A DNA stretch of 64,000 nt from Alphaproteobacteria bacterium (GCA_965228895.1 OZ245842.1:2368001-2432000), one strand, 5' to 3'. Numbered from the stretch's first letter, positions 29,859-40,953 are shown. The notes: generated by a model from the letters alone, not told the origin. Translations and numbers: made by a program.

Positions 29859-30845
29859 CTAGCGCGTCGGGTTGAAGTCGGTTTCCTCGATGAAATCGTC
29901 TTCAGCATCGGCCGCTTCGTCATCGTCGCCATCGGGGTCATCACCCTCGCCTGTCGCTTCGCCGCGGCGGCGTTCAACAATGCCGGCAACCCAGATCGAG
30001 ATTTCGTAGAGCAGCAGCAAGGGGATCGCCAAGCCAAGTTGGCTGAACGGATCCGGCGGCGTGATGACGGCGGCCAGAACGAACACGCCGACAATCGCGT
30101 ATTTGCGCTTTTCCCTGAGGCCCTTGCTGGATGCCGCGCCGACTCTGGCCAGAAAATAGATAATGAGCGGCAACTGGAAGCTGACGCCGAAGGCGAAGAT
30201 CAGCTTCAGCAGCAGGTTGAAGTACTCGCTTATTCGGAACTCGGCATCGATTTGAAGCTGATCGGGCCCGGCGTCCTGCTGGAAGCTCAAGAGGAACTCG
30301 AGCGCGACCGGGAAGAACGCGTAGTACACCATCGCCGCGCCCATCAGGAACAGCAGCGGGAAGAAGAACATGAATGGCAGGACGACCTTTTTCTCTTTGA
30401 GATAGAGGCCGGGCGCCACGAAACCCCAAAGCTGCAGCACGATCATTGGCAGCGAGATGCACAGCGAGGCAAAGAAGCCGACCTTGACCAGAGTCAGAAA
30501 GGCTTCCGCCGGGCCGGTAAAGATGATGCGGAACGACTGTTCCTGGATCTCCTCGCAATTGGCGAGATCCTGGGGCGCGTTTCTGTCGGCTTCGTCCAGG
30601 ATGCCGAAGTTGAAATGCTCGACCAGCAGGCCGTCGACCCACGCGACAACGCCGGGCTCCTGGCACGAGCTTTTGACGACCACGTCGTAAAGCGGCATGG
30701 CCAGGAAGTTGTAGATGTCCTGGGCGAAATAGAAACACGGCAGGAACGCGATAACGATGACGATCGCGCTTCTGACCAACCGTTGCCGGAGCTCAACCAG
30801 ATGCTCCAGCAGCGGCAGTTTCGTGTTGTCGATATCGCGGATCAC
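29859..30845 (-). CDS. tatC: Twin-arginine translocase subunit TatC
   Basis: LLEHLVELRQRL, FVAPGLY, FGVSFQLP, ITPPD. Confidence 0.96.
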   Translation of the reverse strand: MIRDIDNTKLPLLEHLVELRQRLVRSAIVIVIAFLPCFYFAQDIYNFLAMPLYDVVVKSSCQEPGVVAWVDGLLVEHFNFGILDEADRNAPQDLANCEEIQEQSFRIIFTGPAEAFLTLVKVGFFASLCISLPMIVLQLWGFVAPGLYLKEKKVVLPFMFFFPLLFLMGAAMVYYAFFPVALEFLLSFQQDAGPDQLQIDAEFRISEYFNLLLKLIFAFGVSFQLPLIIYFLARVGAASSKGLREKRKYAIVGVFVLAAVITPPDPFSQLGLAIPLLLLYEISIWVAGIVERRRGEATGEGDDPDGDDDEAADAEDDFIEETDFNPTR

Positions 30846-31357
30846 CGCGCGCCGCCCGCCTGAGCCTTTCGCGGCTCCTCGCCGCCTTGATCGGCACCGT
30901 TCGCGGGCTTGGCCTCGCTAGCCGTCTCCGTCACGCTCGGGGTCGCGACCTTGGCCTGCGGCTCGGGCGTTGGATCAGACTTTGTTTCGGATTTCGGTTC
31001 GGGCGTCGTCGGGTCGACATCGTCGGCTGCCGACGCCGCTGCGCCATTCGCCTTGTTGGCTGGTTGACGCAACGCCTCGTCCGTCTCGGTCAGCTCTTTC
31101 TTGATCGCGCCTTTGGGATCGATGGTGTTCTGAATGGTCTTGCGCACATTCAGTTTGTCGACCCCCTTCTTGACGTCCTCAAGCTCTGCTTCCTTGACGT
31201 ACTGGTCGAGACTGCGCTGGAACTCGCGCGCCATCGAACGGGCTTTGCCCGTCCAATAGCCCACGGTTCGAAGAACCTTGGGCAGGTCCTTCGGTCCGAC
31301 GACGACCAGCAGCAGAATGCCGACCACCGCCATTTCGAACCATCCGATGTCCAACAT
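30842..31357 (-). CDS. tatB: Twin-arginine translocase subunit TatB
   Basis: MLDIGWFEM...VVGPKDLP. Confidence 0.95.
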   Translation of the reverse strand: MLDIGWFEMAVVGILLLVVVGPKDLPKVLRTVGYWTGKARSMAREFQRSLDQYVKEAELEDVKKGVDKLNVRKTIQNTIDPKGAIKKELTETDEALRQPANKANGAAASAADDVDPTTPEPKSETKSDPTPEPQAKVATPSVTETASEAKPANGADQGGEEPRKAQAGGAR

Positions 31358-31382
31358 GGCAGGTGCGCCTCAAAAAAGCGTC

Positions 31383-31640
31383 TTAGGCGACGTTCTTATC
31401 TTTGGCCGTATCGTCCGAAGCGGCGTTGTTCGTGGTGGCCGAGCCTTCAATTGTCGGCGGCTCTTCGCTCACGGTCTTGGCGGCGTCCGCCTTGTCCTTG
31501 TCTTCGTCCTTCATGCCGGTCTTGAACTCCTTGATGCCCTTGGCGAGATCGCCGGCAAGTTTCGGAATTCGGTCGCGGCCGAACAGAAGCAGGACGATGA
31601 CCAGCACGATGAGCCAGTGCCAAATGCTAAAGGTACCCAT
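31383..31640 (-). CDS. tatA: Twin-arginine translocase subunit TatA
   Basis: [21 protein letters not shown]. Confidence 0.96.
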   Translation of the reverse strand: MGTFSIWHWLIVLVIVLLLFGRDRIPKLAGDLAKGIKEFKTGMKDEDKDKADAAKTVSEEPPTIEGSATTNNAASDDTAKDKNVA

Positions 31641-31808
31641 TTAGTGCCTCTTTTCACTCCCGATTCAGGCGCCAACGGACCGGAGCCCGAACGGCGGTTG
31701 AACCGAACATATATAGGTCTTGATCCGGGCCTGCCAGAGCAAATCTGCGCTACCACGCGCCCGGTTCACTGCATTCTAGCCTGTAATCAGGCGGTTTTGT
31801 GGTCGCCG

Positions 31809-32873
31809 TCAGCCGGCAGACCGGGGCTCCTGGCGGGTGCAGGGGAAGACAAAAACCGCATCGTCTTCGATGCGAATCCGCACATTGTCGCCAGGCGCCG
31901 GCGGCCTATCGCCGGCAATTCGGGCGCGGACTTCTTCGCCCTGGTCCAGTTTCAGGACGACCAGGCTGCTGTGACCCAGAAGGTGGTTGGCGACCACCTT
32001 GGCCTCTCGCCCTTCCGCACCGGGGTCGCGGCATAAATGCAACCCTTCCGGGCGTATCAAAACATCGACTCGCTCGCCATTCACCATGCCCGCCGCCGCG
32101 ACGGGGCCGATGGCCGATTCCGCCACTTCGTTCGTGACGGTGCCGTGCAGCCAGTTCACGTCGCCCAGGAACTTGGCGACAAACGCCGATTGCGGCCGTC
32201 GATAGACCTGATCGGGCCGACCGAGTTGCACCAAGTGCCCCCGCTGCAGCACGGCGATGCGGTCGCCCATATACATGGCCTCTTCGGCGTCATGGGTGAC
32301 GACCAGTGCCGTCGCCCCGGCACGGCGCAGGATTGTTAGGGTTTCCTCGCGGACCTCCTCGCGAAGGCGCACATCCAGACCAGAGAATGGCTCATCCAGC
32401 AGGATCACACCCGGCTGGGGCGCCAGCGCGCGCGCCAACGCAACCCGCTGCTGCTCGCCACCCGACAGCATATGCGGGTACTTGGCGGCATAATCGGCAA
32501 GACCGACGAGATCCAGGAACTCGCCGGTCAGACGCTTGCGGGTCGCGCTGTCGCGCCCGCGCAGGCCAAAGGCGACGTTATCGGCCACGGTCATATGCGG
32601 AAACAGCGCGAAGTCCTGGAACACCAGCCCGACGCAGCGCTTCTCCGGCGGCACGTCGACACCGGGCCCGGCAACCAGTCGGTCGCCAATCTGGATTTCG
32701 CCCTGCTGCAAGGTCTCAAGACCCGCCGCGACGCGAAGCGCCGTTGTCTTGCCGCAGCCTGACGGGCCGACCAGGCAGCAGACTTCGCCGTCGTCGATCT
32801 CGAACGACAGATCCGTCAGGGCCGGTACGTCGCCATAGCGATGGCTGACGTGGCGAAAGGCAAGGCCGGTCAT
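31809..32873 (-). CDS. ABC transporter ATP-binding protein, FbpC/PotA class (probably Fe3+)
   Basis: GPSGCGKT, FQDFALFPH, LSGGEQQR, C-terminal TOBE-like domain. Confidence 0.88.
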   Translation of the reverse strand: MTGLAFRHVSHRYGDVPALTDLSFEIDDGEVCCLVGPSGCGKTTALRVAAGLETLQQGEIQIGDRLVAGPGVDVPPEKRCVGLVFQDFALFPHMTVADNVAFGLRGRDSATRKRLTGEFLDLVGLADYAAKYPHMLSGGEQQRVALARALAPQPGVILLDEPFSGLDVRLREEVREETLTILRRAGATALVVTHDAEEAMYMGDRIAVLQRGHLVQLGRPDQVYRRPQSAFVAKFLGDVNWLHGTVTNEVAESAIGPVAAAGMVNGERVDVLIRPEGLHLCRDPGAEGREAKVVANHLLGHSSLVVLKLDQGEEVRARIAGDRPPAPGDNVRIRIEDDAVFVFPCTRQEPRSAG

Positions 32874-32908
32874 CGGTGCCTTCGTGCGGTTGTTGGTCGA
32901 AACAATGT

Positions 32909-32929
32909 GATGCGACTTATTCTTAATTA
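32909..32929. promoter_or_regulatory. Putative Fur-type iron box upstream of the FbpC-like gene
   Basis: GATGCGACTTATTCTTAATTA resembles the alphaproteobacterial Fur box (TGCGA-n-T...CTCA type), about 35 bp upstream of the start. Confidence 0.5.
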
Positions 32930-33016
32930 CAACTGTTTAGGAGGCGTGACCACGCGTCTCATCACGTTTACCGTCGCGACGCCGCCGACGCCAGCAACGT
33001 TTGCCAAGGACACCCG

Positions 33017-33739
33017 ATGCCCCTCCCGAACAAGGTTGATGCCATTACCTTCGATTGTTTCGGCACACTGATCGACTGGAATCGCGGCATAGGCTCCATT
33101 GTGGGGCGCTGGGCGGCGGACCATGGTCTGGCCGCGAGCGCCGACAAACTGACGACTGAGTTCGCGGCCGCGCAACGCCGCCATCAGATCGCCAAGCCGT
33201 TCAAGTCCTATCGCACTGTCTTACGCGACGCCTTTTTGGATTTGGCAGCGGATCACGGCGTCGGCGATTCACACGATGATGCCGTCGCATTTGGCGCCAG
33301 CGTCGCGGATTGGCCGGCCTTCGACGATACGGTGGCCGGCCTTCGCACGTTGAAACAAACAGCGGTCCTGGGCGTGATGTCCAACGTCGATAACGAGAGT
33401 TTCAAACGGGTCCACGCCGAACGCCTCGATGGCCTGATCGACATCATCGTTACGGCCGATGACGTGCGTGCTTACAAGCCCGACCTCGCCCTGTTCGATG
33501 CCATGGCTTCAGCGCTCGATGCCCGCGGTATCGATCGAAGCGGATGGCTTCACGTGGCACAAAGCCAGTTCCACGACATCGTGCCGTGCCACAAACTGGG
33601 GCTCGCCTGTGTCTGGCTCGACCGTGTCGGCGACCGGCCGGAGCGCGGCATGACAATGGCGACAGACGAATTGGAGCCGGACCTCAGGGTCGATACGCTT
33701 GATGAATTCGTGGCGGCGCTGGCGGCGGCACGAGGCTGA
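33017..33739 (+). CDS. HAD-family hydrolase (haloacid dehalogenase type II-like)
   Basis: TFDCFGTLIDW, MSNVD, YKP, HVAQSQFHD. Confidence 0.9.
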   Translation: MPLPNKVDAITFDCFGTLIDWNRGIGSIVGRWAADHGLAASADKLTTEFAAAQRRHQIAKPFKSYRTVLRDAFLDLAADHGVGDSHDDAVAFGASVADWPAFDDTVAGLRTLKQTAVLGVMSNVDNESFKRVHAERLDGLIDIIVTADDVRAYKPDLALFDAMASALDARGIDRSGWLHVAQSQFHDIVPCHKLGLACVWLDRVGDRPERGMTMATDELEPDLRVDTLDEFVAALAAARG

Positions 33740-33742
33740 GAC

Positions 33743-34372
33743 CTAGTCTTCGGCGCTGCTGTCGTCGTCGCCGTTTTCGTCATCGTCGTCACCGGCCAAC
33801 GCGTCCTCGTGATCCCTGAGACGGCCGACCGGCGGCAGGTCCGGTCTTGGATCGAGCAGTCCCGACGCTTTCATCTCCTCACGGCCTGGCAGATCGTCCA
33901 GCGATTCCAGGCCGAAGTGCTGCAGGAACTCGTCGCTGGTGCGCCACTGCAGCGGTCGACCGGGCGTGCGCTTGCGTCCACCGGGGCGAATCCAGCCAAT
34001 TTCCAGCAGCAGATCGATGGTGCCCTTGGAAAGGCCGACGCCGCGGATCTCCTCGATCTCGGCGCGCGTGATCGGCTGATGAAACGCGATGATCGAGAGC
34101 GTTTCGAGCGCCGCGCGCGACAGGCGACGGGCGCGTTTGATCTTGATCTTCAGGCGCGGGCCGATGTCTTCGGCGGTGCGGAAACTCCACTTGCCGCCGA
34201 TCTTGGTCGGCGCCACGCCACGGCCGCTGTAATGGGACGAAAGTTCGCCCAACAGCGCCGGCACGTCGGCCTTGGATGGCAGCCGCTCGGCGATTTGTTC
34301 TTCCGACACTGGCTCGGGCGAAGCGAACAACAGCGCCTCGACAATGCGAATGTTCAAATCCGGTTCGTTCAT
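33743..34372 (-). CDS. scpB: SMC-Scp complex subunit ScpB
   Basis: IVEALLFAS, LSRAALETLSIIAFHQPITRAEIEEIRGV; true start 34372 (ATGA overlap with scpA). Confidence 0.95.
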   Translation of the reverse strand: MNEPDLNIRIVEALLFASPEPVSEEQIAERLPSKADVPALLGELSSHYSGRGVAPTKIGGKWSFRTAEDIGPRLKIKIKRARRLSRAALETLSIIAFHQPITRAEIEEIRGVGLSKGTIDLLLEIGWIRPGGRKRTPGRPLQWRTSDEFLQHFGLESLDDLPGREEMKASGLLDPRPDLPPVGRLRDHEDALAGDDDDENGDDDSSAED

Positions 34373-35196
34373 GACGCCCCCTCGCCGTTCGGTGACCGCA
34401 CCTGGATCGGCGAGAACGTGCCGGTCTGCCGCAACTCGATGCGGCCCTGGCGTGCCAACTCCAAACTGGCCGCGAAGGTCGACGAAACGGCGGATCGGTA
34501 GACAAGGCTGTCTTTGATCTCGGCCGGCAACAGCGCGAACATGTCCTGCCAATCCGGCAGATGCCCGACCAGCTTGGTGAGCCGCAGCAGCGCGTCCTCC
34601 ATGGAATGGAGCGTGACCGGCGCGGGCCGGTAGTCGCCCCCGCCTTTTCTCTTTTCGTGCGTCGTATAGGCGCGCAACAGCTCGAAGAGGTTGGCGCTCC
34701 ACGTCCATTCGGTCTCGACCGGCAGCCCCTCGGCGTTACCACAGCGAAACACTTCGCTGCCCAGTTGCGGGCGCTGCAGCAGGAGCCGCGCGCCGTCGCG
34801 GATGGCTTCGAGGCGGCGCAGGTGAAACTGCAGCGCCTCGGCCATCAGTTCGGGGCTGGGTTCTTCCTCTTCTTCCTCCGGCAGCAGCAGCCGGGATTTC
34901 AGATAGGCGAGCCACGCCGCCATCACCAGGTAGTCGGCCGCCAGATCGAGCCGGATGCCCTGGGCCTTGGCGATGAACGCCAGATACTGGTCGGCCAGTT
35001 GCAGGATCGAGATCTGGGTCAGGTCGACCTTCTGCTGACGGGCGAGCGACAGCAGGACATCGAGCGGGCCTTCGAACCCGCCGAGATCGACAATGAAAGC
35101 GCCGGCTGCCCCCGGCACCTCGCGCTGACCGGGCCAGGGGTCCTCAAAGGCCTCCTGGGCCACCGCCTGCTCGGTTTCCTGCTCTACTGTCGTCAA
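34369..35196 (-). CDS. scpA: Segregation/condensation protein ScpA
   Basis: FEGPLDVLL, AADYLVMAAWLAYLKSRLLLP; TTG start overlapping the upstream stop. Confidence 0.93.
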   Translation of the reverse strand: MTTVEQETEQAVAQEAFEDPWPGQREVPGAAGAFIVDLGGFEGPLDVLLSLARQQKVDLTQISILQLADQYLAFIAKAQGIRLDLAADYLVMAAWLAYLKSRLLLPEEEEEEPSPELMAEALQFHLRRLEAIRDGARLLLQRPQLGSEVFRCGNAEGLPVETEWTWSANLFELLRAYTTHEKRKGGGDYRPAPVTLHSMEDALLRLTKLVGHLPDWQDMFALLPAEIKDSLVYRSAVSSTFAASLELARQGRIELRQTGTFSPIQVRSPNGEGAS

Positions 35197-35888
35197 CCGC
35201 TTAATCCCGCCGCACGAATAAGGATATCGCTCACAAAGTCGACCGGCGGCAAGAGAATCCATCGAAGAATATTCAGATCGATCCCCAACTGCCCCCCGAT
35301 CAAAGGCGGTAGAGCCAGGAGCGCGATCAGGATCAACAGGCCGTAACGCTCGAGTTTCAGGTATTCCCGCGCCTGCGCCGTCGGCAGCAGGCCGGCCACG
35401 ACACGGCTGCCGTCAAGCGGCGGCAGCGGCAGCATGTTAAAGACAGCCAGTATGATGTTGAGAATAAAGGCGTTCTGGAGGTTGGCCACGATCCAATCCT
35501 GGCTGCTGCCGGCCGGCAGGAGCGGCACCAGGTGAAACAGGAGCGCGGCCGCGAACGCCATGGCGATGTTGATGCCGGGGCCTGCCATAGCGACCCAGAT
35601 CATGTCGCGTTTCGGCTGCCGCAGCCGCGCGAAGTTGACGGGCACCGGTTTGGCATACCCGAACAGAAATGGCGCGCCCGCCAGCAGCAGCATGCCGGGA
35701 AGCAGGATCGTACCAAACGGGTCGATATGACTGATCGGATTGAAGGTTACGCGGCCCAGACGTTGCGCCGTGTCGTCGCCCAGTTTCAGGGCGACCCAAC
35801 CATGGGCAGCCTCATGCAGCGTGATCGCCGTGATCGCCGGGATCAGCCAAACGGAGATCGTGTAGAGGATGCCAGCAACATCGCCCAT
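35193..35888 (-). CDS. Site-2 protease (M50) family protein
   Basis: HEAAH, FNMLPLPPLDG. Confidence 0.93.
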   Translation of the reverse strand: MGDVAGILYTISVWLIPAITAITLHEAAHGWVALKLGDDTAQRLGRVTFNPISHIDPFGTILLPGMLLLAGAPFLFGYAKPVPVNFARLRQPKRDMIWVAMAGPGINIAMAFAAALLFHLVPLLPAGSSQDWIVANLQNAFILNIILAVFNMLPLPPLDGSRVVAGLLPTAQAREYLKLERYGLLILIALLALPPLIGGQLGIDLNILRWILLPPVDFVSDILIRAAGLSG

Positions 35889-36898
35889 CAGTGAACCGCC
35901 TCGCCCATGAGCGAACTCAGCCGGTCAAGTGCTTTGGCGCGGTCGAAGCCCTTTTCAGGCGTCGGGTGCGCAGACTTTGCAGCGGCCAACCGGCGTTCGG
36001 CCTCGCGACTCAGCTCCGGCACCGCATCACTGACCGCGCGGCGAATGTCGAGCGGCGCGTTGCAATGCATGGCGATGTCGCAGCCGGCTTCCAAACAACG
36101 CACCGCGCGCTCAACATGACTGCCGGACAGCGCCTGCATGTCCAGCGCATCGGTGGTGAGCACGCCGTCAAACCCGATGGCACCGCGGATGACCTCGCTG
36201 ATGACGATCGGCGACAAGGTCGCCGGTGCAGTGGGATCGATGGCGCTATAGACCGCATGCGCCGTCATGCCCCAGGCCTGGTCCCGCAGCGCTATGAACG
36301 GCACGAGATCCGTGGTTTCGAGCTCCTCGAGCGAGGCGTCGATCACCGGCAGCGTGACATGCGGATCGGCCTGAACCCGGCCATAACCCGGCATGTGTTT
36401 GATGATCGGCTGAACACCGCCGGCTGCAAGACCGTTGGCACCGGCGCGGCCCAAAACAATCACACGCTCGGGATCAGCGTGATAGGCGCGGTTGCCGATC
36501 ACGTTATCGGCGCCCGCCAGCCTGAGGTCCAGGCAAGGCGCGCAGTCGACGTTGATGCCGCAGGCCGCCATGTCGTCCGCCATGATGCGGTTCGCCAGAA
36601 ACACGGCCTCCGTGGCATCGTCTTCTGCCAGAGAGCCAAGCCTGCCGGCAGCCACGCCGCCCCAGAAATGCGGCTGACGCAGACGCGCGACGCGACCGCC
36701 TTCCTGATCGACCATGACCGGCGCGTCATCGCGCCCGACGACGGCGCGGAAGTCGCCGGTGAGTTTCGCGACCTGCTCAGCCGTGTCGATGTTGCGCGCG
36801 AACAGAATGATACCGAGCGGATCGTCGTCTTTGAGCCAGCGCGCTTCGGCGTCACTGAGGGTCAGGCCCTCAAGGTCCGTGATCAGGGCTCTGGGCAT
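35888..36898 (-). CDS. nagZ: Beta-N-acetylhexosaminidase NagZ
   Basis: ILFARN, DQEGGRVARL, KHMPGYG, DPH. Confidence 0.93.
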   Translation of the reverse strand: MPRALITDLEGLTLSDAEARWLKDDDPLGIILFARNIDTAEQVAKLTGDFRAVVGRDDAPVMVDQEGGRVARLRQPHFWGGVAAGRLGSLAEDDATEAVFLANRIMADDMAACGINVDCAPCLDLRLAGADNVIGNRAYHADPERVIVLGRAGANGLAAGGVQPIIKHMPGYGRVQADPHVTLPVIDASLEELETTDLVPFIALRDQAWGMTAHAVYSAIDPTAPATLSPIVISEVIRGAIGFDGVLTTDALDMQALSGSHVERAVRCLEAGCDIAMHCNAPLDIRRAVSDAVPELSREAERRLAAAKSAHPTPEKGFDRAKALDRLSSLMGEAVH

Positions 36899-36905
36899 AA
36901 AGCCG

Positions 36906-37925
36906 TCAAGGCGCCACGATGATGCATTCAACCTGACGGACTTTCAGGCTGTCACAAACGCTGCGCGCCTCGGCGTCTGACGCGAACGGGCCAACTTGCA
37001 GACGGTAAAACGTCCCGTTGCTCAGCACCGCCTCGTCAATCACCGGCTGGTAGGCGCCAAGGATGTCGCGGAACCGCGCCTGCAGGCTGCCCCACGCTTC
37101 CATGGCCTTGGCTTCCGAGCCGAAGGAGGCGATCTGGATCTTGGTGCCGTCGCCGGCTCCCGCCGAGGGCGCGGGCGCCTGAGCACCATCGCCACCCAAA
37201 CTGGCCGCGACATCATCGAACGAGATTTCGCCGCCTGTCTCCGTCTCGGCTACCTCTTCGGTTGTCACGGCGCCGCCGGCGGCGCCAGGTTTGGCCGGTG
37301 CAACTGGCGGCAGCGGCGGCACCGGCAAAGAGCTTGCAATATCCACGCTTTGCGCATCGGCTTCGCTGCCGACCAGCTCGCCCTCCGTATCCTCGATCAC
37401 GATGTCACCGGCAGCGGTGGTGTCCTCGACGTCGATGACGGGAACCTCAGAGTCGATGGTCTCGGCCTCGGCCACCTGGGACGGCTCAAGCGGCTCCTCT
37501 GGGCCGGGCAGCAAGACCTCGAAGTTCTCACCACCGGCTGCTTCGTCTTCGTCCATCGCTTCCAAGACCTCAATGTCCTGGTATGGCACCTCAAGCCCGC
37601 CGGGATCGTCAGGGCGCGCCTTGTAGGGCGTCGGATCCGCGGTCATCAATGGCACGTCGACCGGCTGGCGCGATGACTCCGTCACGCCCAGGAACATGGC
37701 AGCACCTAGGCCACCAGCACCGACGGCCGCAATGATCGCCAGGGCAGCCAGCACCTTGAACGGGATGCGCCGGGGCTCGCGGTCGTCGTCCTCATAAACC
37801 TCGGCGGCCGGTTCCGCTTCGTACACGTCCTCGGCTTCCGGCTCGACATCGAGCAGATTGACGTCCTTCGTGAGACGCGGTTCAGGACGGCCTTGTGACC
37901 CGAAAAGTTTCGGTTCCTCGCGCAT
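36906..37925 (-). CDS. SPOR-domain cell division protein (FtsN-like)
   Basis: N-terminal TM, PYKARPDDPGG, acidic linker, C-terminal SPOR (IQIASF...YRLQVGPF...C...C). Confidence 0.85.
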   Translation of the reverse strand: MREEPKLFGSQGRPEPRLTKDVNLLDVEPEAEDVYEAEPAAEVYEDDDREPRRIPFKVLAALAIIAAVGAGGLGAAMFLGVTESSRQPVDVPLMTADPTPYKARPDDPGGLEVPYQDIEVLEAMDEDEAAGGENFEVLLPGPEEPLEPSQVAEAETIDSEVPVIDVEDTTAAGDIVIEDTEGELVGSEADAQSVDIASSLPVPPLPPVAPAKPGAAGGAVTTEEVAETETGGEISFDDVAASLGGDGAQAPAPSAGAGDGTKIQIASFGSEAKAMEAWGSLQARFRDILGAYQPVIDEAVLSNGTFYRLQVGPFASDAEARSVCDSLKVRQVECIIVAP

Positions 37926-39692
37926 TCAGCGCATCTCCTCCACCGGTTCAACGCCAATTATGCCCAACCCGGCGGCGATCACCTGACGCACGCCGCTGAT
38001 CAGCGCAAGCCGTGCGTGGGTCACCTCTTTGTTGTCGTCGATCATGAACCGGAGCGACGGGTCGTCGCGACCGAGGTTCCACAGACTATGGAACGCCGAG
38101 GCCAGCTCATGCAGGTAGGTCGCGATGCGATGGGGTTCGTGCGCCTCGGCAGCGCCCTCGACAATGCGCGGCCACAGCGACATCTGTTTGATCAGCGCCA
38201 GTTCGTCGGGATGGGTCAGCGGCGCCAGATCAACCTTCGTCAGATCGTCGGTCGAAAAACCGGCCTCGCGCGCCAGGCGCATGACCGAGCAAACGCGCGC
38301 ATGGGCGTATTGCACATAGAAGACCGGATTGTCCTTCGACTGCTCCTTGACCTTGATCAGGTCGAAGTCGAGCGGCACGTCGGAACGACGCGTCAGCATG
38401 ATGAAGCGCAGGACATCCTTGCCGACCGCGTCGACCACGTCACGCACGGTGACGAACCGCCCTGCCCGCTTCGACATGCGTAACGGCTCGCCATCCTCAA
38501 AGAGATTGACGAGTTGGGTGAGCACGATATCGAATTCGGCCTTACCGCCAGAGAGCGCGGCGACCGAGGCCTTCAGGCGTTTCACGTGTCCGGCATGATC
38601 GGCGCCGAACACATCTATGATGACGTCGTAGCCGCGGCTAACCTTATCGTTGTGATAGGCAATATCGGGCGCGAAGTAACTCCATGAGCCGTCCGACTTC
38701 TTGAGCGCGCGATCGAGATCGTCGCCAAACGCCGTCGACTTGAACAGGGTCTGGGGCACGGGCTCCCAGTCGTCCGGCTTCATGCCCTTCGGCGGCTCCA
38801 GAACACCGGTATAGATAAGCCCTTTTTCATCAAGAGCCTTGAGACAGGCCTCGACACTGCCTGACTCGACCAAGGCCCGTTCGGACGAGAAGATCTCCTG
38901 GGTGATGCCGACAGTGGCCAGATCCTCGCGGATCAGGTCCATCATCGCATCGATGACCGCATGGCGGACCGGAATGAGCGCGTCGGGCAAAGCGCCACCG
39001 CGCTGGGCGCCGCCGACGGCGGCCTTCAGTGCAGGCCCATGCTTTTCTGCCAGGTTGCGGCCGACCGCAATCAGGTAATCGCCTGGATAAAGGCCTTCAT
39101 AGGCGTCTTCGGCCACGGTCTCGCCGAGCGCTTCGAGATAACGCAGATAGGCCGACCATGTCAGCGTATCGACCTGGGCGCCGGCATCGTTGATGTAGTA
39201 CTCGCGTGTGACATCGAAACCGACCGCCTCGAACAGCGAGGCCAGGACGTCGCCATAGATGGCGCCCCGTGCGTGGCCGACATGCAGCGGCCCGGTCGGG
39301 TTGGCCGAGACGTATTCGACATTGGCGGTACGCCCCTGGCCGATATCACCGAGCAGCGCCATAGGTCCCCGGCTCAGCAGTTCCGCCAGCCGTTCGTGCC
39401 AGAAGGCATCGGCCAGGCGGATGTTGACGAAACCCGGGCCCGCCACGTCCGTCGCCGCCACATCCGCGCCTTCCAAGCCTTCGGCAATGCGCTGGGCGAG
39501 ATCGCGCGGTTTCTCGCCGACCTGCTTGGCCAGGACCAGGGCCGCGTTCGTCGCGACGTCGCCATGGGCGGGATCGCGCGGCGGCTCGGCCATGATGCGG
39601 CTGACATCGACGTCGGCCGACCATGCGCCGGCCGCGTGCATGGCTTTCACCAGCTCCTGAACTCTTTCCTGGAAATGACTGTAAACATTCAT
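37926..39692 (-). CDS. argS: Arginine--tRNA ligase
   Basis: [29 protein letters not shown]. Confidence 0.98.
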   Translation of the reverse strand: MNVYSHFQERVQELVKAMHAAGAWSADVDVSRIMAEPPRDPAHGDVATNAALVLAKQVGEKPRDLAQRIAEGLEGADVAATDVAGPGFVNIRLADAFWHERLAELLSRGPMALLGDIGQGRTANVEYVSANPTGPLHVGHARGAIYGDVLASLFEAVGFDVTREYYINDAGAQVDTLTWSAYLRYLEALGETVAEDAYEGLYPGDYLIAVGRNLAEKHGPALKAAVGGAQRGGALPDALIPVRHAVIDAMMDLIREDLATVGITQEIFSSERALVESGSVEACLKALDEKGLIYTGVLEPPKGMKPDDWEPVPQTLFKSTAFGDDLDRALKKSDGSWSYFAPDIAYHNDKVSRGYDVIIDVFGADHAGHVKRLKASVAALSGGKAEFDIVLTQLVNLFEDGEPLRMSKRAGRFVTVRDVVDAVGKDVLRFIMLTRRSDVPLDFDLIKVKEQSKDNPVFYVQYAHARVCSVMRLAREAGFSTDDLTKVDLAPLTHPDELALIKQMSLWPRIVEGAAEAHEPHRIATYLHELASAFHSLWNLGRDDPSLRFMIDDNKEVTHARLALISGVRQVIAAGLGIIGVEPVEEMR

Positions 39693-39696
39693 CTTA

Positions 39697-40875
39697 TTAA
39701 CCTACAGCAACCCGGGCATGTTCGTCACGGGCAAAGCGGTCCGTCATGCCGGCGATGTAATCGGCGACAACGCGCGCGCGGCCGCTTTCGTCGCGATCGG
39801 CGGCACGACGCGACCATTCGTCGGGCATCCGCGCCGGTTGCGCCATAAACCGCGTGAACAAGCCCCTCACCACCGCCTCGGCGTCGCGGCGCCCCCGAAT
39901 GACCCGCTCGTGGTGGTACATGTTGGCAAACAGCCAGGCTTTCAGCTCCCGGTTCGCCTGATCGATGGCCGGGCTGAAGGCCACCACCGGCGCACCGTGC
40001 CAGCGGATGTCATCGACAGAGCCGACCCCTGATTCGGCCAGCCTGAGGCCGGTTTCCTCGGTCAGGTCGGAAACCAGCCGACCGATGATCCGCCTGACGG
40101 TCTCCTGCACCAAACGCGCCGTCTCGACCCCATCATAGGTGGCGTGAACGTCACGAACGGCGTCGCCTGCCAGCGGCACATCGGCCAGATCGTCGAGATC
40201 GAACAGCGACGCCCGCAGGCCATCGTCGATATCGTGGCTGTGGTAGGCGATATCGTCGGCCAAGGCCGCGATCTGGGCCTCGGCACTGGCATAAGTGTCG
40301 ACTTCCAGGTCGTGCGCCGCGCAATAGCGGCGGATTGCCTGGGGGACGCCCTTTTCGGCCGGTCCATCGATCACGGGTCCGTTGTGTTTCACGACGCCTT
40401 CCAAGGTTTCCCAGGTCAGATTGAGCCCATCGAACGCGGCATACCGGGTCTCGAGCTCGGTCAGAATACGGAACGTCTGGACGTTGTGGTCGAAGCCGCC
40501 AAAAGGCTGCATTTCGGCGTCCAACGCATCCTCGCCCGCATGTCCGAACGGGGTGTGCCCCAAGTCATGGGCCAGCGCAAGGGCTTCGGCCAAGTCCTCG
40601 TTCAACCCCAGGCTTCGGCACACGGAACGCGCGATCTGCGCCACTTCCAGGCTGTGGGTCAGCCGCGTCCGGTAATGATCGCCTTCGGTGGTCACAAAGA
40701 CCTGGGTCTTGTGCATCAAGCGCCGGAACGCCCGGCAATGGACAACCCGGTCGCGATCGCGCTGAAACACGGATCTCGCGGGGCTTTCCGGCTCGGGAAA
40801 CCGGCGGCCACGGCTTTCCTCGGGCCGGCAGGCATAGGCTGCCAATCGGGGTCCAAAGCCTTCGGTTGCACTCAT
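39697..40875 (-). CDS. dgt: Deoxyguanosinetriphosphate triphosphohydrolase
   Basis: [35 protein letters not shown]. Confidence 0.95.
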   Translation of the reverse strand: MSATEGFGPRLAAYACRPEESRGRRFPEPESPARSVFQRDRDRVVHCRAFRRLMHKTQVFVTTEGDHYRTRLTHSLEVAQIARSVCRSLGLNEDLAEALALAHDLGHTPFGHAGEDALDAEMQPFGGFDHNVQTFRILTELETRYAAFDGLNLTWETLEGVVKHNGPVIDGPAEKGVPQAIRRYCAAHDLEVDTYASAEAQIAALADDIAYHSHDIDDGLRASLFDLDDLADVPLAGDAVRDVHATYDGVETARLVQETVRRIIGRLVSDLTEETGLRLAESGVGSVDDIRWHGAPVVAFSPAIDQANRELKAWLFANMYHHERVIRGRRDAEAVVRGLFTRFMAQPARMPDEWSRRAADRDESGRARVVADYIAGMTDRFARDEHARVAVG

Positions 40876-40925
40876 GCCGTGAACCTAGTGCCCCCGCCGG
40901 TTCTGGGCAATGCGTAGCCCACGAA

Positions 40926-40953
40926 TTGACAAAAGCGGCGGCCGTCATACATT
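40926..40953 (+). promoter_or_regulatory. Sigma70-like promoter of erpA
   Basis: TTGACA-N16-TACATT. Confidence 0.5.

Noticed and set aside
39697-40875. dGTPase as an anti-phage system
   Set aside because: Lies in the conserved argS-dgt-erpA-xth housekeeping context
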